Below, in pieces: positions 9,045-20,816 of a stretch of 64,000 nucleotides of DNA (the stretch's first letter is position 1; every line of letters starts with the position of its first letter). The stretch comes from an uncultured Flavobacteriales bacterium. Lineage in GTDB: Bacteria > Bacteroidota > Bacteroidia > Flavobacteriales > BACL11. The translations under genes were made by a program, and so were the position numbers. The stretch is from the NCBI GenBank assembly GCA_905478765.1, contig CAJQJY010000014.1:47605-111604 (forward strand), written 5' to 3'. Below the pieces are notes generated by a model that saw nothing but the letters and a program-made list of their open reading frames with translations, did not search any database and was not told the DNA's origin.

Positions 9045-11134
9045 TGAAGAAAACTACAAAAAATAGCAATTTAAGAATCATAGGACTTTACTTATTCGTG
9101 TTCCTCCTTGCTGTTGGTGTAGTTGTTAAAATTGTAAAAGTTCAGCAGTTTGATGAATTGATTAACACTACCAGTCAGCCAAGGTTTTTTACAGTTGAAG
9201 CCCCAAGAGGAAATATATTAGCTGATGATGGATCTTTACTTGCAATTTCAATGCCACTCTATAAAATTTATCTGGATTTAAGTGTGATAAGCCAAGTGCT
9301 TTTTGATAAGCATATTGTTGAGATGTCTGAGGGTTTGAGTGATTTGTTTGCTGATAAATCTGCTGAGGAATACGAACGGTTTTTAAGATTGGCTAAAAAA
9401 TCAAGAAAAAATAAATATGTCCTTTTGAAATTGAAGGTTACACACAATGAATTAAAATTTTTGCAAAGTCTTCCTGTATTTAAATTAGGACAAAATAGAG
9501 GAGGATTAATAGCAGAGCAAAGGCCTCATAGAGAAGTGCCATTTGGTTTGCTTGCACAAAGAACTGTTGGTGTTTTAAGAGATGTAAATCCAGTTGGTAT
9601 TGAGGTGGCTTTTAATCAAGTATTATCTGGAGTTGATGGTCAGCATTTAAAAAGAAAAATTGCACAAGGAGCTTGGGTTCCTCAAGATTCAGAGGGGAAT
9701 AGTTTACCAAAAGCTGGTAGAGATATTTTAACAACTATCAATATTGACATGCAGGATGTTGCTGAAAAATCATTGGAACAAACCTTAATAAAAGAAAATG
9801 CAGATTGGGGTTGCGTAATAATGATGGAGGTAAAAACAGGTGAAGTGAAGGTTATTGCGAACTTGCGTAAAGATACTTCTGATAGAGTAACTGAGTATTT
9901 TAATTATGCAATAGCTCAGCATGATGCGCCTGGATCAACTTTTAAATTAGCATCTATAATTGCTGGATTAGAGGATGGAAAGTTTACAGTAAATGATTCT
10001 GTGAATTTGCAAAAAGGAAGAAGAATATATTATGATAGAGTAATGAGGGACTCTCCGCATAATTTTAAAAATGTAACAATTAAAAAAGCGTTTATTATTT
10101 CCTCTAATGTTGGGATTTCAAAAATTATAAATGATAATTATAAGCAGAATCCTGCTGAGTATACTGATCGAATTTATAAAATGGGATTAAGCACACCTCT
10201 AAATTTGGAATTACCATTTCCTGATGATGGTTTAAGAATGCCAATCCCAAATAAAAGAGGTTGGTCTGGTGTTACTTTACCATGGATGTCTACTGGTTAT
10301 GAAATGGCATTAACGCCTCTTCATATGCTAACTTTTTACAATGCAATTGCCAATAATGGTAAAATGATGAACCCAATTTTTACTAAAGCCATAATGATGG
10401 GCGGAAATATTATTGAAGAGAAAAGCCCTGTTGTTGTAAATCCTTCTATTTGTTCAGAATCAACAATAAGAGAAATTTTACCTTTATTGATAGGTGTAGT
10501 TGAAGAAGGAACAGCTGCAAATATCCGTACTGATAAATATAAAATTGCTGGTAAAACAGGGACAACAGTTCTGAATTATGCTGGCAGAAAGGAAGATGAG
10601 GAGAAAAAGTACCAAGCTTCTTTTGCTGGATTTTTTCCAGCTGATAATCCAAAATATTCCTGCATAGTTGTAATTAATAATCCTAAGAATGGTCAGTTAT
10701 ACGGAGGGAAAGTTGCTGCTCCCATCTTTAAAGAGTTAGCTGATAAAGTTTATGCGCTTGATATGGATATTCATAATCCGATTATTAGTACTGATACATT
10801 TACAAATCTTCCAATAGTAAAACAAGGCAAGACTTTTGATGCAAATCAAATTCTGACTGAACTTAATATTTCTACACAAAATACTGAATCAAATTGGATG
10901 GTATCCCAAACATCAAATTCAGAAGTAAAGCTAATGGTAAGAAAAATTGAAGAGGATTTACAAAGAGGAAAGATGCCAAACTTGAAAGGAATGAATTTGA
11001 AAGATGCAGTCTATTTGCTAGAAACATATGGTTTAAATGTAAGTATTGAGGGGTCTGGATCGGTTGTTAGTCAGTCGATTAAAAAGGGAGTGAAGTTCAA
11101 AAAAGGAAACTTAATTAAATTAGAATTAGCTTAA
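9044..11134 (+). CDS. ftsI: peptidoglycan D,D-transpeptidase FtsI (PBP3) with C-terminal PASTA-like domain
   Basis: Transpeptidase motifs STFK (PGSTFKLAS), SSN (IISSNVG) and KTG (AGKTGT). The C-terminal ~65 aa (LKGMNLKDAVYLLETYGLNV...) is PASTA-like. GTG start overlaps the ftsL stop. Confidence 0.9.
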   Translation: MKKTTKNSNLRIIGLYLFVFLLAVGVVVKIVKVQQFDELINTTSQPRFFTVEAPRGNILADDGSLLAISMPLYKIYLDLSVISQVLFDKHIVEMSEGLSDLFADKSAEEYERFLRLAKKSRKNKYVLLKLKVTHNELKFLQSLPVFKLGQNRGGLIAEQRPHREVPFGLLAQRTVGVLRDVNPVGIEVAFNQVLSGVDGQHLKRKIAQGAWVPQDSEGNSLPKAGRDILTTINIDMQDVAEKSLEQTLIKENADWGCVIMMEVKTGEVKVIANLRKDTSDRVTEYFNYAIAQHDAPGSTFKLASIIAGLEDGKFTVNDSVNLQKGRRIYYDRVMRDSPHNFKNVTIKKAFIISSNVGISKIINDNYKQNPAEYTDRIYKMGLSTPLNLELPFPDDGLRMPIPNKRGWSGVTLPWMSTGYEMALTPLHMLTFYNAIANNGKMMNPIFTKAIMMGGNIIEEKSPVVVNPSICSESTIREILPLLIGVVEEGTAANIRTDKYKIAGKTGTTVLNYAGRKEDEEKKYQASFAGFFPADNPKYSCIVVINNPKNGQLYGGKVAAPIFKELADKVYALDMDIHNPIISTDTFTNLPIVKQGKTFDANQILTELNISTQNTESNWMVSQTSNSEVKLMVRKIEEDLQRGKMPNLKGMNLKDAVYLLETYGLNVSIEGSGSVVSQSIKKGVKFKKGNLIKLELA

Positions 11135-12594
11135 TGAATTTACAAGATATTCTATATAAAGTAAATATTGATAAAGCAGTTGGCTCTACTGATATTGAAA
11201 TTTCAAACATTGCTTTTGATTCAAGAAAGGTTAGTGCAAATGGACTATTTGTTGCTATAAATGGAACTATTTTTGATGGTAATCAATTTATAGATAGTAC
11301 CATTGAAAAAGGTGCAGTTGCAATTATTGTTGAGCAAATTCCTGCTAATATTAATAAAGATATAACTTATATTAAAGTTGAAAACTCCCATGACGCTCTG
11401 GGAATTATTGCAAGTAATTTTTATAACAATCCATCTGATAGAATAAAATTAGTTGGCGTTACTGGGACAAATGGAAAAACAACAATTGTTAGTTTATTGC
11501 ATCAATTGTTTGGGTTTTTGAATGTAAAAGCAGGAATGCTTTCTACAATTCAGAATAAAATTATTGAGCAGGTAATTCCATCTACTCATACAACTCCTGA
11601 TGCTTTACATATAAACTTTTTGCTAAGTGAAATGTTAGAGAAAGGTTGTGAGTATTGCTTTATGGAAGTGAGTTCACATGCACTTTCGCAAGGAAGGGTT
11701 AATGGCTTAAATTTTGCTGGAGGAGTTTTTACAAATCTTACGCAAGATCATTTAGATTATCACAACACTTTTGCTCAATACCGAGATGTGAAAAAATTAT
11801 TCTTTGATGCTTTACCAAAAGATGCTTTTTCATTAGTTAATAAAGATGATAAAAACGGCATGAAAATGCTTGAAGGAACAAAATCGAATAAGCTTACTTA
11901 TTCTCTAAAATCAATTGCTGATTATAAATGTAGAGTTTTAGAGAACGAGTTTGAAGGCATGTTATTGCAAATTAATAAAGTTGATGTTTGGGTGAAATTG
12001 ATAGGTGATTTTAATGCTTACAATATTCTTTCTGTTTACGCTATATCTAATCAATTTGGCTTTGAAGATTATGATGTGCTTACTGCCTTAAGTATGCTAA
12101 ATTCTGCTGAAGGCAGGTTTCAGTTTATTCGATCAGAAAATCAAATTACTGGCATAGTTGATTATGCTCATACTGATGATGCTTTAAAGAATGTACTTTC
12201 TACAATTAATAATATCAGAAGTAATGCAGAACAGTTGATTACAGTAATTGGCTGTGGTGGAGATAGAGATAAAAGTAAAAGGCCACTAATGGCAAAAGTT
12301 GCTTGTGATTTAAGCACTCAAGTTATTTTAACTTCTGACAATCCGAGATCAGAAAGTCCTGATGCAATTATTGATGATATGCTTGCAGGATTGGATCCTG
12401 TGCAAAATAAGAAAGTACTTGTTATTTCTGATAGAAAACAAGCAATTAAAACTGCTTGCAGATTGGCAAATGATACCGATATAATACTTGTTGCAGGAAA
12501 AGGACATGAAAAATATCAAGAAATTAAAGGAGAAAAATTTCCTTTTGATGATATGGAAGAACTAAAACAATCACTAAATATAATTAAAGACTAA
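11134..12594 (+). CDS. murE: UDP-N-acetylmuramoyl-L-alanyl-D-glutamate--2,6-diaminopimelate ligase
   Basis: Mur ligase P-loop [10 protein letters not shown] and the DNPR motif (TSDNPRSE). dcw position. Confidence 0.9.
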   Translation: MNLQDILYKVNIDKAVGSTDIEISNIAFDSRKVSANGLFVAINGTIFDGNQFIDSTIEKGAVAIIVEQIPANINKDITYIKVENSHDALGIIASNFYNNPSDRIKLVGVTGTNGKTTIVSLLHQLFGFLNVKAGMLSTIQNKIIEQVIPSTHTTPDALHINFLLSEMLEKGCEYCFMEVSSHALSQGRVNGLNFAGGVFTNLTQDHLDYHNTFAQYRDVKKLFFDALPKDAFSLVNKDDKNGMKMLEGTKSNKLTYSLKSIADYKCRVLENEFEGMLLQINKVDVWVKLIGDFNAYNILSVYAISNQFGFEDYDVLTALSMLNSAEGRFQFIRSENQITGIVDYAHTDDALKNVLSTINNIRSNAEQLITVIGCGGDRDKSKRPLMAKVACDLSTQVILTSDNPRSESPDAIIDDMLAGLDPVQNKKVLVISDRKQAIKTACRLANDTDIILVAGKGHEKYQEIKGEKFPFDDMEELKQSLNIIKD

Positions 12595-13808
12595 TGTTAT
12601 ACTATTTATTTGAATATCTTCAAAGCGCATATGATTTCCCTGGGGCAGGTTTGTTCCAGTATATCTCTTTTCGTGCTGCTATGGCAGTGATTACATCCTT
12701 GTTAGTCTCCTTAGTTTTTGGAGGAAAAATAATCAGATTTATCCAAAGAAAACAAATTGGTGAGGAAGTTAGAACTTTGGGTTTAGCGGGGGAGGAGAGT
12801 AAGAAAGGAACTCCAACTATGGGGGGGCTAATTATTTTGGGTGCAATATTGATTCCCACTTTGTTATTTACGAAACTGGATAATGTCTACATCCAAATTA
12901 TGCTAGTTTCTACTGTATGGCTAGGATCTATCGGCTTTATTGATGATTATATTAAAGTATTTAAGAAAGATAAAGAAGGTTTGGCAGGTAGGTTTAAAGT
13001 ATTAGGGCAAATTGGAATAGGATTAATTGTTGGAATAGTGATGGTATTTCATTCTAATATAGTGGTGAAAGATGAAGTAATTTTATCATCAGAAACGGAA
13101 GTTATTGGCTCAATTAGTTTGGCTCAGAAATCATCTAAAACAACTACTCCATTCTTTAAAAATAATGAATTTGATTATCAGTCATTAACATCCTGGATGG
13201 GTGATACGGCAAAGGATTATGCTTGGATTTTATTTATTTTGATAGTTGTTGTAATTGTTACATCGGTAAGTAATGGAGCAAACATGACGGATGGTTTAGA
13301 CGGTTTAGCTACAGGAACTTCAGCAATTATTGGGGCTACTTTGGCGCTTTTTGCTTATGTGTCGGGTAATATTATTGCAGCTGATTATTTAAATATTATG
13401 TACATCCCAGATACGGGAGAACTTGTAATCTACATGTCTGCTTTTGTTGGGGCTTGTGTCGGTTTTATGTGGTATAACTCTTACCCAGCTCAGGTTTTTA
13501 TGGGGGATACAGGTTCTTTAGCTCTTGGTGGGATAATAGCTGTTGTTGCTATTTTAATCCGTAAGGAATTATTGATTCCAATTTTATGTGGTGTGTTTTT
13601 GGTTGAAAACTTATCCGTGATAATGCAAGTTGGTTATTTCAAATATACAAAGAAGAAATTTGGGAAGGGGAAGCGAATATTTAAAATGGCTCCACTACAT
13701 CATCATTATCAGAAATTAGGGATGCATGAAAGTAAAATTGTTACTCGGTTTTGGATAGTTGGAATTATGCTTGCAGTAATAACAGTTGTTACTCTTAAAT
13801 TAAGATAA
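12594..13808 (+). CDS. mraY: phospho-N-acetylmuramoyl-pentapeptide transferase
   Basis: Polytopic protein with MraY motifs ([30 protein letters not shown]). Confidence 0.9.
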   Translation: MLYYLFEYLQSAYDFPGAGLFQYISFRAAMAVITSLLVSLVFGGKIIRFIQRKQIGEEVRTLGLAGEESKKGTPTMGGLIILGAILIPTLLFTKLDNVYIQIMLVSTVWLGSIGFIDDYIKVFKKDKEGLAGRFKVLGQIGIGLIVGIVMVFHSNIVVKDEVILSSETEVIGSISLAQKSSKTTTPFFKNNEFDYQSLTSWMGDTAKDYAWILFILIVVVIVTSVSNGANMTDGLDGLATGTSAIIGATLALFAYVSGNIIAADYLNIMYIPDTGELVIYMSAFVGACVGFMWYNSYPAQVFMGDTGSLALGGIIAVVAILIRKELLIPILCGVFLVENLSVIMQVGYFKYTKKKFGKGKRIFKMAPLHHHYQKLGMHESKIVTRFWIVGIMLAVITVVTLKLR

Positions 13809-15127
13809 TGGTAAAAAGAATAGTCGTTTTAGGAGCAGGAATTAGTGGAGTTGGAGCGGCTGTTTTAGCACAGAAAAAAGGGTATAAGGTTTTTGTTTCT
13901 GATAAAGGAAAAATTACTGAAGACAATAAAAAAGTTCTTTTAAATAATGAGATTGATTGGGAAGAAAACAATCACACTCTTGATAAAATTTTAAATGCTG
14001 ATGAAGTAATTAAAAGTCCAGGAATCCCTGATAGTATTGAGCTAATTATGAATCTTAAAAATGCAAAAATCCCTTTGATTTCTGAAGTAGAATTTGCTTT
14101 TAGATATACTAAAGCAAAAATTGCAGCTATCACAGGAAGTAATGGAAAAACAACTACCACTTTGCTTTTAGGACATGTGCTGAAAAATGCTGGATATGAT
14201 GTTTTAGTAGCAGGTAATGTTGGGGTTGGCTTTGCTCTATCAATTGCCGAAAGGGATTATGATTATATCGTTCTGGAATTAAGCAGTTTTCAACTTGATG
14301 GAATTAAAAATTTTAGAAGTGATGTAGCAATTTTACTAAATATTACTGCTGATCATTTGAATAGATATGACTATAAGCTAGAAAATTATTCAGCATCAAA
14401 ATTCAAAATCACAGAAAATCAGCAAGAACAAGATTTCCTGGTCTATAATGCAGATGATGAAATTGTAAAAGAAATAAAAACTAAAGCAAAAAAGTTACCA
14501 ATCTCATTAAAAAACGAACAAAAAGAAGGGGGATTTTTAAATAAGAATGAATTAATAATTAAATTAAATAATAATACTATGACAATGCAAGAATTAGCTT
14601 TACAAGGCAAACACAACATCTTTAATTCAATGGCTGCTGCAATGGCTGCAAGAGTTTTTGAAGTAAAAGATTCAGTAATCAGACAGTCAATGATAGACTT
14701 TCAAAATGTAGAACACAGACTGGAATATGTGCTAACAGTACATGGGATTGATTTTATTAACGATTCAAAAGCTACTAATGTAAATGCTTGTTGGTTTGCA
14801 TTAGAAAGTATGAATAAAGGGGTAGTGTGGATAGTTGGGGGGGTTGATAAAGGAAATGATTATTCTGAGTTAGCGGAAATGGTTGATGAAAAAGTAAAAG
14901 CAATTATTTGCTTAGGAGAAAACAATCAGAATATAATAGATGCTTTTAAAGATAAGGTAGTTACTATTGTCCAGGCATCAACAATGTCAGAAGCGGTAAA
15001 TCAATCTTATAGTTTAGCAAACAAAGGTGAAACTGTTTTACTTTCTCCAGCTTGTGCAAGTTTTGATTTGTTTGCGAATTATGAGGATAGAGGCGTTCAG
15101 TTTAAAAAGTATGTAAGAACACTGTAA
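13808..15127 (+). CDS. murD: UDP-N-acetylmuramoylalanine--D-glutamate ligase
   Basis: N-terminal Rossmann VLGAGISG and Mur ligase P-loop ITGSNGKTTT. dcw position. Confidence 0.9.
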   Translation: MVKRIVVLGAGISGVGAAVLAQKKGYKVFVSDKGKITEDNKKVLLNNEIDWEENNHTLDKILNADEVIKSPGIPDSIELIMNLKNAKIPLISEVEFAFRYTKAKIAAITGSNGKTTTTLLLGHVLKNAGYDVLVAGNVGVGFALSIAERDYDYIVLELSSFQLDGIKNFRSDVAILLNITADHLNRYDYKLENYSASKFKITENQQEQDFLVYNADDEIVKEIKTKAKKLPISLKNEQKEGGFLNKNELIIKLNNNTMTMQELALQGKHNIFNSMAAAMAARVFEVKDSVIRQSMIDFQNVEHRLEYVLTVHGIDFINDSKATNVNACWFALESMNKGVVWIVGGVDKGNDYSELAEMVDEKVKAIICLGENNQNIIDAFKDKVVTIVQASTMSEAVNQSYSLANKGETVLLSPACASFDLFANYEDRGVQFKKYVRTL

Positions 15128-16258
15128 GTGAGTTCATTCTTTGGAAATATAAAATTTAAAGGTGATAAAATCATCTGGGCAATTGTAATTTTACTTTCAT
15201 TATTCTCAATAATGGTTGTGTATTCAGCTGCTGGATGGTCTGATTTAACAAGTCATATTCCAAAATTATTAATAGGACTTTTTGCAATGTATGTAGTGCA
15301 TTTAATTCCGTTTAAATACTTTTCAAAGTTAGGGCAATTGGGTTATTTTACGAGCTTATTATTACTAGTTTTAGTGTTAGTAATTGGTGTTACTGTAAAT
15401 GGTGCCTCAAGGTGGATAAACATAGTTGGCTTACAGTTTCAGCCTTCTGATGTTGCGAAACTAACAGTTATTTTATTTATGGCTCGTCAGATTAGTGTAA
15501 ATAGAGATAATCTATCTGGATTTAAGGAATTTATTTGGTTTGTTTTAGCACCACTGGTCATAGTGTGCTTGCTAATATTACCTAATAATTTTTCTACATC
15601 AGCTTTAGTTTTTATTAATGGTTTGGTTTTAATGTTTGTAGGGAAAATCAGATTTCAATTTATAGCGAAAGTTTTAGGAATGGCATTAATTGGAGTATTT
15701 ATTATTTATGCTTCGGCAAAATGGACTCCTGTAGGAACTAGCGTTATGCCTAGATCAGCAACATGGGTAAGTAGGATAGATAACTATGTTACAGGAAGTG
15801 ATGAGCAACAAATGGATAAAGATTATCAGCAAACACAAGCATTAGTTGCTATTCAGAATGGTGGATTATATGGGGTTGGTCCAGGAAAAAGTACGCAAAG
15901 GAGTATTTTACCTTATTCATACTCTGATTTTATTTATGCTATAATTCTAGAAGAGTATGGTTTGATTGGAGGTGTTTCTGCCATTTTATTTTATTTGATT
16001 TTACTTTTTCGAGCAGTACGAATTTCCTTAAAATCAGGAAGTGTTTTTGGTAGTTTAGTTGCAATTGGCTTAATGTTTTCTTTAGTATTTCAGGCTTTTA
16101 TAAATATGTTAGTTTCAGTAGAAATTATGCCAGTAACTGGGCAGACTTTACCTCTTATAAGTATGGGGGGGACATCAATAGTTTTTAGTTGTATAGCAAT
16201 AGGAATAGTATTAAGTATTAGTAGAGATTCAATAGAAGGAGAATATGAAAAATCTTAA
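15128..16258 (+). CDS. ftsW: SEDS-family peptidoglycan glycosyltransferase FtsW
   Basis: Polytopic FtsW/RodA-family protein (SDFIYAIILEEYGLIGG, PLISMGGTS). dcw position. GTG start directly after the murD stop. Confidence 0.85.
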   Translation: MSSFFGNIKFKGDKIIWAIVILLSLFSIMVVYSAAGWSDLTSHIPKLLIGLFAMYVVHLIPFKYFSKLGQLGYFTSLLLLVLVLVIGVTVNGASRWINIVGLQFQPSDVAKLTVILFMARQISVNRDNLSGFKEFIWFVLAPLVIVCLLILPNNFSTSALVFINGLVLMFVGKIRFQFIAKVLGMALIGVFIIYASAKWTPVGTSVMPRSATWVSRIDNYVTGSDEQQMDKDYQQTQALVAIQNGGLYGVGPGKSTQRSILPYSYSDFIYAIILEEYGLIGGVSAILFYLILLFRAVRISLKSGSVFGSLVAIGLMFSLVFQAFINMLVSVEIMPVTGQTLPLISMGGTSIVFSCIAIGIVLSISRDSIEGEYEKS

Positions 16259-17345
16259 AGTGATTATTAGTGGTGGTGGTACTGGAGGACATATATTTCC
16301 TGCCATAGCAATTGCGAAAGCAATAGAAAATAAAGTGCAAAATGTAGAGTTTCTTTTTGTAGGTGCAAAGGATAGAATGGAGATGGAGAAGGTCCCTGCT
16401 GCTGGGTATAAAATAATAGGACTTTGGATAAGTGGCTTGCAAAGAAAATTGGATAAACGAAATTTACTTTTTCCTTTTAAAGTGCTTCATAGTATATTTA
16501 AAGCAAAGAATATTGTAAAAGAATTTAAGCCAGATTTAGCAATAGGTACTGGTGGCTATGCTAGTGCGCCACTGCTTTATGCAGCTGCTAAAAAAGGCAT
16601 TCCAACTGTTATTCAGGAGCAGAATTCTTATCCTGGGATTACAAATAGAATTTTAGCAAAACATGTGCAGAAGATATGTGTAGCATATGATGAGATGGAA
16701 CGCTTTTTTCCAACTGAGAAATTGATTATCACAGGAAATCCTATCCGTGAGGGTATTTTAGATTTTAATAATAAAGTAACAGATGGGCAAGTGAAATTTA
16801 ATATTGACAAAACAAAACTAACTGTTTTAGTTGTGGGTGGTAGTTTGGGTGCTTTAACGATTAATAATGCAATTGCAGAAAATATCAATCAGATAAAAAA
16901 TATGGATGTAAATCTGATTTGGCAAACTGGAATTTCATATCAATATCAAGCTCAAAATTTCATCACGGATGTTAATACAAAAGGGATTAATGCTCATACA
17001 TTTATTAAGGAAATGGATTTGTCTTATGCTGCTGCTGATGTAATTATTTCAAGAGCTGGAGCGATTGCTATTTCAGAATTATGTTGTGTTGGAAAGCCAA
17101 TTATATTGGTTCCATCTCCAAATGTTGCAGAAAATCATCAGTATAAAAATGCACAATCGCTAGTTAATAAGAATGCCGCATTGCTTGTAGAAGATGCTGA
17201 TGCAAGCCGTAAACTTGTAAGTACTCTGGAGGAGTTGATTAAAAATGAAGATTTAAGAACTTCTTTAAGTAGTAATATTAAAAAAATAGCCGTAACTGAT
17301 GCAGCTGAGCAGATCGCAAAAATTGCATTAGATTTAGTAAAATGA
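16245..17345 (+). CDS. murG: undecaprenyldiphospho-muramoylpentapeptide beta-N-acetylglucosaminyltransferase
   Basis: G-loop SGGGTGGHIFPAIA and GT28 C-terminal domain. dcw position. Confidence 0.9.
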   Translation: MKNLKVIISGGGTGGHIFPAIAIAKAIENKVQNVEFLFVGAKDRMEMEKVPAAGYKIIGLWISGLQRKLDKRNLLFPFKVLHSIFKAKNIVKEFKPDLAIGTGGYASAPLLYAAAKKGIPTVIQEQNSYPGITNRILAKHVQKICVAYDEMERFFPTEKLIITGNPIREGILDFNNKVTDGQVKFNIDKTKLTVLVVGGSLGALTINNAIAENINQIKNMDVNLIWQTGISYQYQAQNFITDVNTKGINAHTFIKEMDLSYAAADVIISRAGAIAISELCCVGKPIILVPSPNVAENHQYKNAQSLVNKNAALLVEDADASRKLVSTLEELIKNEDLRTSLSSNIKKIAVTDAAEQIAKIALDLVK

Positions 17346-18742
17346 ACTTAGATTTATACAAATATATTTACCTGATTGGTGTTGGTGGGATTGGAATGAG
17401 TGCTTTGGCGCGCTATTTTAATTCTAAAGGGAAAATGGTTTCTGGATATGATAAAATAAAATCTGAGTTGTGTATAGAATTAGAAACTGAAGGAATTAAT
17501 ATTCATTATTCTGATGATGTAAATGAAATTCCAGAACCTATAAAAAATGCAGGGTTTAATGATATTTTAGTGATTTATACTCCTGCAATTTCTAGCGAAA
17601 ATAAAGTAATTTCTTTCTTTACCAATAAAGGATTTAAGGTTTACAAAAGAGCAGAAGTTTTAGGAATGATCAGTAAGCAATCTTTTACAATTGCAGTTGC
17701 TGGGACTCATGGGAAAACGACTACTTCTACAATTTTGGCTCATATCTTAAAACAAGCAGGTAAAGAATCAACAGCTTTTCTAGGAGGTATTAGTAGAAAT
17801 TATAATACTAACTTGTTATTGGCTGATAAAGGAAATATTTTGATTGTTGAGGCAGATGAATATGACAGATCATTTTTGCAGTTACATGCTGATATTGCAA
17901 TTATAACATCTGTAGATACAGACCATTTAGACATCTATGAAAATAAAGAAGATTTAGAGAAAGCTTTTGTGCAGTTTGCTACACAAATAAAACAAAAAGG
18001 ATTATTATTAGTTGAGGAAAGTGTTTCTATTGATTTTCCCGCTCCGGAAGATGGAGCAAAACTGACTTATTCAGCAACTAAAAATGCTGATTATTATGCT
18101 GAGAATATCAAAGTCAAAGATGGGAAAATGAATTTTGATTTAAAGGCTTTAGATATTATGCCTGGAATGTCATATGAGCAAAAACAGGAAGGCTTAGAAT
18201 TTATTTTACCTGGCATTCACAATGTAAGTAATTCTATTGCAGCCTCAGCTGTTTCTTGTTATTTAGGATTAGGATGTAAGGATATTGCAAGGGGACTTAC
18301 TACTTTTAAAGGAATTAAAAGAAGGTTTGATGTGCATTTAAGTACTAGTAAAGTTGCTTATGTTGATGATTATGCCCATCATCCAGAAGAAGTAAGTGCA
18401 ACTATTGGTGCAGCAATACAATTGTTTCCTCAAAGAGATTTGACGATTGTTTTTCAACCTCATTTATTTAGTAGAACGCAAGATTTTGCAAATGAATTTG
18501 CTTCTTCATTAGTTGGGGCTAATGATTTAATTTTGCTAGACATCTATCCTGCGAGAGAAAAACCAATTACTGGAGTTGATTCTCAAATGTTATTGGATTT
18601 ATGTACTAACCCGATAAAAGAGGTTTGTAAAAAAGAAGAACTATTGGCTGTACTTAAAAACAAAGAGTTAGATGTTTTGTTAACGCTAGGAGCTGGCGAT
18701 ATAGGGACATTAGTTGAACCGATAAAACACCTTCTTAACTAA
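17342..18742 (+). CDS. murC: UDP-N-acetylmuramate--L-alanine ligase
   Basis: GVGGIGMSALA N-terminus and Mur ligase P-loop AGTHGKTTT. Confidence 0.9.
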   Translation: MNLDLYKYIYLIGVGGIGMSALARYFNSKGKMVSGYDKIKSELCIELETEGINIHYSDDVNEIPEPIKNAGFNDILVIYTPAISSENKVISFFTNKGFKVYKRAEVLGMISKQSFTIAVAGTHGKTTTSTILAHILKQAGKESTAFLGGISRNYNTNLLLADKGNILIVEADEYDRSFLQLHADIAIITSVDTDHLDIYENKEDLEKAFVQFATQIKQKGLLLVEESVSIDFPAPEDGAKLTYSATKNADYYAENIKVKDGKMNFDLKALDIMPGMSYEQKQEGLEFILPGIHNVSNSIAASAVSCYLGLGCKDIARGLTTFKGIKRRFDVHLSTSKVAYVDDYAHHPEEVSATIGAAIQLFPQRDLTIVFQPHLFSRTQDFANEFASSLVGANDLILLDIYPAREKPITGVDSQMLLDLCTNPIKEVCKKEELLAVLKNKELDVLLTLGAGDIGTLVEPIKHLLN

Positions 18743-19461
18743 TGAGAAAAGTGTTTTTAATATTACAATGGGCTAGTGTATTGGCATTATTTATTGTAGT
18801 ACTGTCATTCACTAATTCTAGGCAGGCGCAACAATTTGTTTCTTTGGATAAGATTAGTGTTTTATTATCAGAAGATAATTTTGTAAATGAAAAAATTGTA
18901 ATGAGTTATATGGATGAAAATAAAGTGAGTTTTGATAGCACTCTACTGAGTAATTTTAAGTCTGAAGACCTAGAATTATTGTTAGAGCAATACCCCTTAA
19001 TAGAAAAGGCAGAAGTTTTTGCAAATCAAAAAGGTAATGTAGTTGTTACTGTTAAGCAGAAAAAAGCAGTTGTAAGAATCAAGAGTATTTATGATGATTA
19101 CTATTTAGATGAGTTTGGGAAACGAATGCAATTATCATCAAATTATACGCCAAACTTATTGGTAGTAACAGGTGAAGTTAGAAAGACTAATCATCAAGAA
19201 ATATTTGATTTTGTTTCTATAATTAATAAAAGTGAATTTTGGAAAGCACAAATTACTCAGTTGCATTTTATGGGTAATGAAGTAATAATGTCTCCTAGAG
19301 TTGGTAATCAAAAGATACGCTTTGGTTATTTGGTAGATGTAAAAGAAAAATTAAATAATCTGTATGAGTTTTACAAACAAGCTATGCCTGTGAAAGGTTG
19401 GCAAGCTTATAGCGATATTAATTTAAAGTTTAAAAATCAAGTGGTTTGTACTAGAAAATAA
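18742..19461 (+). CDS. ftsQ: cell division protein FtsQ
   Basis: 239 aa, single N-terminal TM and a POTRA-like region. Lies between murC and ftsA. Confidence 0.7.
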   Translation: MRKVFLILQWASVLALFIVVLSFTNSRQAQQFVSLDKISVLLSEDNFVNEKIVMSYMDENKVSFDSTLLSNFKSEDLELLLEQYPLIEKAEVFANQKGNVVVTVKQKKAVVRIKSIYDDYYLDEFGKRMQLSSNYTPNLLVVTGEVRKTNHQEIFDFVSIINKSEFWKAQITQLHFMGNEVIMSPRVGNQKIRFGYLVDVKEKLNNLYEFYKQAMPVKGWQAYSDINLKFKNQVVCTRK

Positions 19462-20787
19462 ATGATGGAAGAGAATATAAAAGATTTGCAAACGGGAGCT
19501 TATATGGTTGGGCTCGATATTGGGACGACTAAAATATCAGTAATGATTGGTAGAAAAAATCAATATGGAAAATTAGAAATCTTAGGAACAGGAAGAGCTG
19601 TTTCTAATGGGGTTGCAAGAGGAATTGTTTCTAATATTGACAAAACTGTAGAATCCATTAGAGAAGCAGTTGTAGAAGCAAAACAAAAATCAGGATTAGA
19701 AATTATTGATGTTTTTGTTGGTATTGCTGGGCAACATATTAAAAGTTTACAACACAGGGGTGAAATTGTAAGAGACAATATTGATATAGAGATTGATAAA
19801 GCGGATATTGATAAGTTAAAGTCTAATATGTTTAAGTTAATTACTATTCCTGGAGAGGAAGTGATTCATGTAATTCCTCAAGAATATACAGTTGATGGTG
19901 AGGATGGAATACAAGACCCAAAAGGAATGGCTGGCGTAAAGCTAGAAGCTAATTTTCATGTGATAACTGCACAAGTAGGGGCAGTAAGAAATATCATGAG
20001 ATGTGTTGAAAAGGCAGGGCTTACACCTAGAGAATTAATTTTAGAACCATTTGCGTCAGCAGTTGCTACTTTGGATGAAGATGAACTAAGAGAAGGAGTT
20101 GCATTGGTAGATATTGGAGGTGGAACAACTGATGTAGCTATCTTCTTAGATAATATAATAAGACATACAGCAGTGATCCCTTTTGGAGGAAATATTATTA
20201 CTAAAGATATAAAAGGAGGATTGGAGATTTTAGAGAAACAAGCTGAACTGTTAAAAGTAAAATTTGGCTCTGCAATGTATACTGAGGATCAGGAAAATGT
20301 AATGGTTTCTATTCCTGGATTGCGAGGTAGACCTCCAAAGGAAATTGCAGTAAAAACATTATCAGAAATTATCGGTGCTAGATATAAAGAGATTATTGAT
20401 TTAGTATATCATCAGATTAAAATATCAGGATACGAACATAAATTAATGACAGGAATTGTATTGACTGGAGGTGGTTCTCAAATCAGAAATTTAAAACAAT
20501 TGGTAGCTTTTGTAACGGGTAAAGAAACAAGAATAGGCTTGCCTAATGAACACTTAGGAACTGAGTCAGTGGATAAAGTTGTTAGCCCAATGTATTCAAC
20601 TGGAGTTGGGCTGGTGATTAAAGGATTTGAATATGCTGAGCAACATCCTGACAAAATAAGTATGCCAAAGCCAATAAAAGAAAAGGATACTATTGTTGAG
20701 CAGGAACCTGAAGAAATGCCAAGTGAACTATCTATTGTTGATAGAATAACACAGATATTCACTGATGATGTAAAAAGAACAAAATAA
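19462..20787 (+). CDS. ftsA: cell division protein FtsA
   Basis: Actin-fold motifs (GLDIGTTKISVMIG, DIGGGTTDVAIF, LTGGGSQI). Confidence 0.9.
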   Translation: MMEENIKDLQTGAYMVGLDIGTTKISVMIGRKNQYGKLEILGTGRAVSNGVARGIVSNIDKTVESIREAVVEAKQKSGLEIIDVFVGIAGQHIKSLQHRGEIVRDNIDIEIDKADIDKLKSNMFKLITIPGEEVIHVIPQEYTVDGEDGIQDPKGMAGVKLEANFHVITAQVGAVRNIMRCVEKAGLTPRELILEPFASAVATLDEDELREGVALVDIGGGTTDVAIFLDNIIRHTAVIPFGGNIITKDIKGGLEILEKQAELLKVKFGSAMYTEDQENVMVSIPGLRGRPPKEIAVKTLSEIIGARYKEIIDLVYHQIKISGYEHKLMTGIVLTGGGSQIRNLKQLVAFVTGKETRIGLPNEHLGTESVDKVVSPMYSTGVGLVIKGFEYAEQHPDKISMPKPIKEKDTIVEQEPEEMPSELSIVDRITQIFTDDVKRTK

Positions 20788-20816
20788 TAATATTAATAAA
20801 TTCAAAAAAGAAAATT